From NCBI GenBank assembly GCA_963801355.1, contig CAWDEM010000004.1, forward strand, positions 864,001-928,000: a stretch of DNA of 64,000 nucleotides, given 5' to 3'. The notes beneath the pieces are model-generated. The model did no database searches, had not been told where the DNA came from, and saw only the letters and a program-made list of their open reading frames with translations. A program made the position numbers and the translations under genes. This document shows positions 58,749-64,000 of this stretch, piece by piece (the stretch's first letter is position 1; every line of letters starts with the position of its first letter). Source of the stretch: Ignavibacteriota bacterium (GTDB taxonomy: Bacteria; Bacteroidota; Ignavibacteria; UBA10030; UBA6906).

Positions 58749-59573
58749 TTGGACATGGAACTACCATATCGTGACCTCCTGGCCAGGTACCGGAGCGCGG
58801 CAGCCGCACAGGGCGGCGGGATTTTCCGGACACGGCAAGTCCGCGATCTAACCGTGATCGACCTGCTCGGGGACCTCTCGTTTGTCGTTGCGGTCGACTC
58901 CGACGGAGGAATTGGACCCAAGCCTCACGACACCGTACAGACCACGGGGTACGTCTGCGGACGTTTCGCGACCAGGGTTCCGCTCATGGAGATCGTTGCC
59001 TGTGGTGCTCTGGCGGTTGCCGCTTTCGATGTGCTTGCGGTCGAGATGGAGCCGCTGGGAAAAGAAATCATCCGCGGTGTGAGAGACGAGCTTGCCGGCA
59101 TCGGCCTTGGTCCGGATTTCCCTCTTTCCGGCAGCACGGAAGATAATGTGCCGACGACGCAGACCGGCATGGGGGTCATGGTGATCGGTATCGTCGAACA
59201 GGCCCGCTTCCGGCCGGGAACCGCGCGCACACGTGATGCCGTGTACTGTGTGGGCATTCCGAAGTCCGGTCCACGTCATACGGTTATTCTGGGAGACCCG
59301 GAAATCGCCGACGCAGTCGCCGTGCTCGGCGCTGCCGCAGTAGAGGGCGTCCACGACATTCTTCCGGTGGGCTCCCGCGGTATCAGGTACGAAGCACATC
59401 AACTGGCCGTCTCGGCGCAGAGGGGCTTCACTCCGGCCACAGAGTGCGCCATCGATGTCGGGATCTCGGCGGGCCCATCTACCTGTTTTCTGGTCTCCGG
59501 GGCGGAGGGGCTTACAGAGTCTCTGCGGGACCGCACGCACAAGCCGGTGTCCATTGTCGGCAGGATTTCATGA
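58749..59573 (+). CDS. cblS: Alpha-ribazole kinase CblS-like (PurM/AIR-synthase-like fold)
   Basis: RDLTVI, AVDSDGGIGPK..D, GRFATRVPLME, GSTEDNVPTTQTGMGV.VIG, ILPVGSRGI.YE, SAGPSTC. Confidence 0.78.
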   Translation: MDMELPYRDLLARYRSAAAAQGGGIFRTRQVRDLTVIDLLGDLSFVVAVDSDGGIGPKPHDTVQTTGYVCGRFATRVPLMEIVACGALAVAAFDVLAVEMEPLGKEIIRGVRDELAGIGLGPDFPLSGSTEDNVPTTQTGMGVMVIGIVEQARFRPGTARTRDAVYCVGIPKSGPRHTVILGDPEIADAVAVLGAAAVEGVHDILPVGSRGIRYEAHQLAVSAQRGFTPATECAIDVGISAGPSTCFLVSGAEGLTESLRDRTHKPVSIVGRIS

Positions 59574-61327
59574 ACGAACAACCAGCCATTGCGGAAGCAC
59601 GCGCAGTAGGCTATGCATACCCCCGGATGAACGTGCCGGCGCTGCAGGGCGTGTCACTCAGGATACGCGCCGGCGAGTTCGTTGCGCTCATGGGGCGGAC
59701 GGGAGCCGGGAAGACCACACTGCTCTCCTTGCTGAACGGCCTCATCCCGCAATTCCATGAGGGGGAGTTCTCGGGTGACGTCGTCGTCAGCCACATGAAC
59801 ACCCGCCGGTACCGCGTCCAGACACTTGCCCGGCGGGTGGGAATGGTGTTGCAGGATACGGAAGCGCAGATTATCGGCTCCACGGTCTTTAACGATGTCG
59901 TCTTTGGTCCGTGCAACCTCGGGCTTCCGCGTGCTCAGGTGATCGACAACGCACGGAACGCACTTGAGGCGGTCGCCCTGACGGGGTTTGAGGATCGTCT
60001 GCCCACAACCCTCTCGGGCGGAGAAATGCAGCGGCTCGCCGTTGCAGGCGTACTCGCCATGGAACCGGTGCTCCTCGCGCTGGACGAACCCACTTCGGAG
60101 CTCGATCCCCTCACGGCGGTCACCCTGTTCGAGTTGCTGGACCGTCTACGCCGTGCCCGCCCCATGGCCATTGTGCTCTCTTCCCATGACACGGAATTGG
60201 TTGCACGATACGCTGATCGACTCCTGGTCGTTGACAGCGGAAGCGTGGTGTGGGATGGTCCTCCCCTGGAGCTCTTCTCCGATGTGTCGCGCTGCCGTGA
60301 GTACGGAATCAGACCACCACAACTCATGGAGCTTCTCACCCGTGTACAGGCGATGGCAATGCTCCCGCCCGGGTCTGCTGGTCTTACCGTGGATGAAGTT
60401 GCCGGTCTCCTCCGTCCCCTCATTGCGCGGGGTGTCGCAAGCAGCCCGGCTGCCGACCCTGCACCTCATGCGACCACGAGCGTCCCGGCAGCGATCGTCA
60501 TTGACGGACTGCATCATGCGTACGGCAATTCGGTCGAGGCCCTGCAGGGTGTCTCCTTGATGATCCAGCAGGGCGAGTTTGTTGCGATTGTGGGGAGAAA
60601 CGGTGCCGGCAAAAGCACACTGGCGAAGCATCTGAACGGACTGTTGCGGCCCGATGCGGGCCATGTGCTTGTCAACGGCAAGGACACGCGCTCCTGCCCG
60701 GTTGCACGCCTCAGCCATGAAGTCGGTTTTGTCTTTCAGAATCCGGATCATCAGATCTTCTGTTCATCCGTCACTGAGGAGCTGGCATTCGGCCTGCGGC
60801 ATGCCGGAGACATTTCTCCGGCCGAAGCCCGCCTGCGGATTCAATCGGCACTCGAATTTGTCGGCCTCCAGGAAATGGGTGATCGTCATCCCTGTACTCT
60901 CGGGAAAGGCGAAAGGCAACTTCTGGCTGTCGCGACCGTGCTGGCCGTTGCCCCGCCAATCATCGTCATTGATGAGCCGACGACCGGTCTTGACTGGCAA
61001 GGAACACAACGCATGATGACCCTCATCCATGCGCTGCACGAGCGACAGCATACGATTATCATCATCACACACGACATGCAGCTGGCCGCGGAACATGCCG
61101 GGCGCATCGTGGTGATGAAGGCGGGCCGTGTCGTTGCCGACGGCTCACCGGCAGCGGTTTTCAAGGAGACAGCAACCATCAAGGATGCATCGCTTGCCCT
61201 TCCTCCGATGGCGGAGCTGGCGCATGCGGTTGTTGATGGGCGGGAGCCGTTGCCGGCGGTCACGCTGGAGCAAATGATATCTCTGCTGCCCCACCCGGCT
61301 CAGGAAGGACACAGGTATGCTCACTGA
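59570..61327 (+). CDS. ecfA: ECF transporter fused tandem ATPase
   Basis: Two Walker A motifs (GRTGAGKTT, GRNGAGKST); LSGGE; VFQNPDHQ; two DEPT motifs. Confidence 0.93.
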   Translation: MNEQPAIAEARAVGYAYPRMNVPALQGVSLRIRAGEFVALMGRTGAGKTTLLSLLNGLIPQFHEGEFSGDVVVSHMNTRRYRVQTLARRVGMVLQDTEAQIIGSTVFNDVVFGPCNLGLPRAQVIDNARNALEAVALTGFEDRLPTTLSGGEMQRLAVAGVLAMEPVLLALDEPTSELDPLTAVTLFELLDRLRRARPMAIVLSSHDTELVARYADRLLVVDSGSVVWDGPPLELFSDVSRCREYGIRPPQLMELLTRVQAMAMLPPGSAGLTVDEVAGLLRPLIARGVASSPAADPAPHATTSVPAAIVIDGLHHAYGNSVEALQGVSLMIQQGEFVAIVGRNGAGKSTLAKHLNGLLRPDAGHVLVNGKDTRSCPVARLSHEVGFVFQNPDHQIFCSSVTEELAFGLRHAGDISPAEARLRIQSALEFVGLQEMGDRHPCTLGKGERQLLAVATVLAVAPPIIVIDEPTTGLDWQGTQRMMTLIHALHERQHTIIIITHDMQLAAEHAGRIVVMKAGRVVADGSPAAVFKETATIKDASLALPPMAELAHAVVDGREPLPAVTLEQMISLLPHPAQEGHRYAH

Positions 61328-62126
61328 GTACCGGCCGGGGAACTCTCTTCTGCACCAGCTGGATGTCCGGACAAAGCTGTTCTGTTTTGTGGTGGCAATC
61401 GTCCTGGCATTCGGTTTTCAGCATCCCCTCATCAACGGAGCTATCCTGCTCGGTCTGTTTATTCTGGCGTGGTCCATGCGGCTGCCCCTGCAGGGAATCG
61501 GCCGCATGCTGGGTCTGCTGGCGCCCGTTTTCGCCGTCATGTTTGCTGTGACGGCTTTCACCTTCACCCCTGAGCGGTTCACTACCGCCGCCGCACAGCG
61601 GGTGCTCTTTTTCCTCTTTCCGGGAGACGCAGCGCCGCTGACGGTGGGAGGGATTCTTGTGGGTCTGACCCTTGTGTGCCGTATGGGTATTTTTGTCCTT
61701 GCGTCATCGCTGTTTGCACAGACAACGCCGGTTGATGATTTCCTGCGGTTGGGCCGCCGCCTGAAGATCTCACAGAAATTTGCATTCATCATCACGATGG
61801 CTGTCCGGTTTGTTCCCACTATGGAAGGAAAAGCTGCGCAAGTACTCGACGCGCAGCGGGCCCGGGGCCTGGATATTTCAGAAGGGGGTTTCTTCGGACG
61901 CATGCGTGCGTACCTGACACTGATGATTCCCATGGTGGTGGACAGCATCCGGATGTCGGAGACGCTGGCTATCTCCATGGTCAACCGGGGCTTCGGTGCC
62001 ACAAAACAATCGACGCAGCTTGAGGATTTGAAGATGCGGCGAGCAGACTATGTCACCATCGTGATCACCTGCGCAGTGCTGTTAACAGGCCTTCTGATGA
62101 TGCGCGGCGGCATAGGTGTCCTCTAA
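61317..62126 (+). CDS. ecfT: ECF transporter T component
   Basis: SLLHQLDVRTKL, MAVRFVP, AQRARG, SMVNRGF. Confidence 0.93.
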   Translation: MLTEYRPGNSLLHQLDVRTKLFCFVVAIVLAFGFQHPLINGAILLGLFILAWSMRLPLQGIGRMLGLLAPVFAVMFAVTAFTFTPERFTTAAAQRVLFFLFPGDAAPLTVGGILVGLTLVCRMGIFVLASSLFAQTTPVDDFLRLGRRLKISQKFAFIITMAVRFVPTMEGKAAQVLDAQRARGLDISEGGFFGRMRAYLTLMIPMVVDSIRMSETLAISMVNRGFGATKQSTQLEDLKMRRADYVTIVITCAVLLTGLLMMRGGIGVL

Positions 62127-62139
62127 AGGACGGTCAACA

Positions 62140-63156
62140 ATGATCAGTGAACAAGCCTTCTTTAGAAAAGCCTTCGGGTGTCTTGCCGGTGTAGCATGCG
62201 GTGATGCGATGGGGATGCCGACATCCATGATGTCTCCCGACGCCGTCCGCAAGGCATTTCCACAGGGAATCGACGCCTTCAGGCCGCCACCGCCGGGGCA
62301 CCCGATTCACGGAGGGTTGCTTGCCGGACAGGTGACTGATGATACCATGCAGACACTTGTTGTGGCCGACGCCATCCTTGACGACAGGGGGGTCATCCCG
62401 CGCAACCTGGCGCTGGGTCTTCTCCGCTGGGCCGAAAGTCTGAATGGCTTTCAGTCCTCGTTGCTCGGGCCGAGTTCCCTCCGCGCGCTGCGCGCCATCA
62501 AGGAAGGGAAGGATATCAATGAAACCGGCGCATTCGGAGATACGAATGGTGCATGCATGAGGATTGCCCCTGTCGGGATCATCCACGCAGGAGAAATTCT
62601 CGAAACTGTTGACGACGTCGCCCTTGCCTGCCTTCCAACACACAACACCAACATTGCGATCGCGGGTGCTTCGGCGGTGGCATGTGCGATTGCGGCCGGC
62701 ATCACCGGCGTTGACGGCATCAACGGTGTCTTGCAGGCGGCACGTGTCGGGGCTGAGCTTGGCATGCAGAGAGGGCGTCCCTGGTATGGGGCATCCATCA
62801 CCGCGCGTCTGGACCTCGCACGGCACTATGGCGCCCTGCACCCGACGGACGAGAAGTTCCTCGGCTATCTCTATGACATCATCGGTGCGGGTGTGGCAGT
62901 GACAGAGACCGTTCCCGCGTGTCTCGCTCTCGTGGAGTTCGCAGGCGGTGATCCGGTGCGGACCATCACCCTTGCCGCGAATCTGGGCGGGGACGCCGAC
63001 ACCATTGCCTCCATCGCCGGAGGAATCGCGGGAGCCTATGCCGGCATCGACGCATTTCCGGCGGCGTTACTGCAGACCATCGAGACGGTCAATCATCTTG
63101 ATCTGGAGACGTACGCGTACAGGCTGACCCAGTTCGCTCTGTACCGAAGAAAATGA
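62140..63156 (+). CDS. ADP-ribosylglycohydrolase (DraG/YegU family)
   Basis: GDAMGMP, GQVTDDT, GPSS, TNGACMRIAP, PTH, GGDADTIASIAG. Confidence 0.93.
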   Translation: MISEQAFFRKAFGCLAGVACGDAMGMPTSMMSPDAVRKAFPQGIDAFRPPPPGHPIHGGLLAGQVTDDTMQTLVVADAILDDRGVIPRNLALGLLRWAESLNGFQSSLLGPSSLRALRAIKEGKDINETGAFGDTNGACMRIAPVGIIHAGEILETVDDVALACLPTHNTNIAIAGASAVACAIAAGITGVDGINGVLQAARVGAELGMQRGRPWYGASITARLDLARHYGALHPTDEKFLGYLYDIIGAGVAVTETVPACLALVEFAGGDPVRTITLAANLGGDADTIASIAGGIAGAYAGIDAFPAALLQTIETVNHLDLETYAYRLTQFALYRRK

Positions 63157-63190
63157 CAGTGTCAATCCATCGCTCTGCGGGAGAGTTCGT

Positions 63191-64000
63191 GTGAACGCAT
63201 ACGGCCATCTCATCATTCTTGCACTCGCGACCACTGTGTCCGCCCTAACAGCGAACGCACAGCACGCAACGGTGGTTGTTCCGTCTTCCACGCGCCTGAC
63301 CTTTGCAGTCATGGGTGATCCGCAGCCCGAGGAACCTCCGACCGAGGAACCCCTTGCGTTCCGGGAAATCCTCCGCGACCTGCATGCGTTGAACCCTGAT
63401 GCGATCATGATCGTGGGAGACCTGATCAGAGGATTTACCGACGATTCTCTGATGCTCCGCCGGGAGTGGGAGGGCTTCTTTGCGGCGGTACGGGGATTCA
63501 CGATTCCCTTTATGTATGCTGTCGGGAATCATGATATCTGGGATGAGCGGAGCCAGAGGGAATACCTCAAGCACTTTGGCAGTCTGTACGGCTCCTGGGA
63601 CATCGGTGCAGTCCATTTTATCAGCCTGAACAGCTTCGACCTTGGTGGGCACAACACCATCCCCGCCGGGCAGCTGGAGTGGCTGCGAAACGACCTGGAA
63701 GCCCATCGATCGGCCCGTCACATTTTTGTGGGTGTGCACACCCCGCTCTGGGCGTTCGGGAACGCCAGCAACTGGCAGAGTGAAGTCCACCCACTGCTCA
63801 GGCGGTACAATGTCAGGGCTGTGTTTGCCGGACACTGGCATATCTATCAGCGCTCCGGGATACAGGACGGCATCCGCTACTACATCACCGGAGGGGCGGG
63901 CGGGATGATGCCGGAAACCTCCACCGGCACCGGCGATTTCCACCACTACATGCTGATCTCCGTCCGTGACGACAGCGTCTCCTATGCTGTCATGACACCC
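63191..64000 (+). CDS. Exported calcineurin-like metallophosphoesterase (runs off the window end)
   Basis: GTG 63191 gives MNAYGHLIILALATTVSA...FAVMGD...VGDL...GNHD...GVHTP...FAGHWH; absent from the ORF track because there is no stop codon in the window. Confidence 0.9.
   Translation, partial: MNAYGHLIILALATTVSALTANAQHATVVVPSSTRLTFAVMGDPQPEEPPTEEPLAFREILRDLHALNPDAIMIVGDLIRGFTDDSLMLRREWEGFFAAVRGFTIPFMYAVGNHDIWDERSQREYLKHFGSLYGSWDIGAVHFISLNSFDLGGHNTIPAGQLEWLRNDLEAHRSARHIFVGVHTPLWAFGNASNWQSEVHPLLRRYNVRAVFAGHWHIYQRSGIQDGIRYYITGGAGGMMPETSTGTGDFHHYMLISVRDDSVSYAVMTP

Overview
Bacterial chromosome segment, probably Ignavibacteriota or a related Bacteroidota-Chlorobi lineage. This is inferred from the QNYPNPFNP-type T9SS C-terminal domains (CTDs), a hybrid two-component sensor and an MGQQQLL pilin-like protein. 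Positions 1-31.2 kb form an accessory island ending at tRNA-Leu(CAG) (31223-31306, minus strand). The island carries CAZymes, T9SS cargo proteins, TA genes, gene fragments and an IS110/IS1111-type element. Positions 31.5-57 kb hold a few more secreted or regulatory genes and housekeeping genes (PBP1A, lpxH, nusB, obgE, ABC transporter, TPR protein, symporter). Positions 57.4-64 kb hold a GntR / CblT-like / CblS-like / ECF / ADP-ribosylglycohydrolase / phosphoesterase cluster. Four observations stand out. (1) The island looks like a stack of integrase-free cassettes separated by displaced copies of the tRNA-Leu 3' end (12517, 21775, 28503). The two tRNA-proximal cassettes share constant ends (att arm + promoter + conserved leader on the left; CTD tail + terminator + tRNA end on the right) around unrelated cargo. 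(2) A 45-bp palindromic element sits in frame at the same codon of four T9SS CTDs. (3) The IS1111-type element has readable guide segments in its 3' non-coding RNA and is inserted at the TTG of a -35 box. (4) An alpha-ribazole-salvage-like module is coupled to an ADP-ribosylglycohydrolase. All calls come from reading the sequence; no database searches were run.
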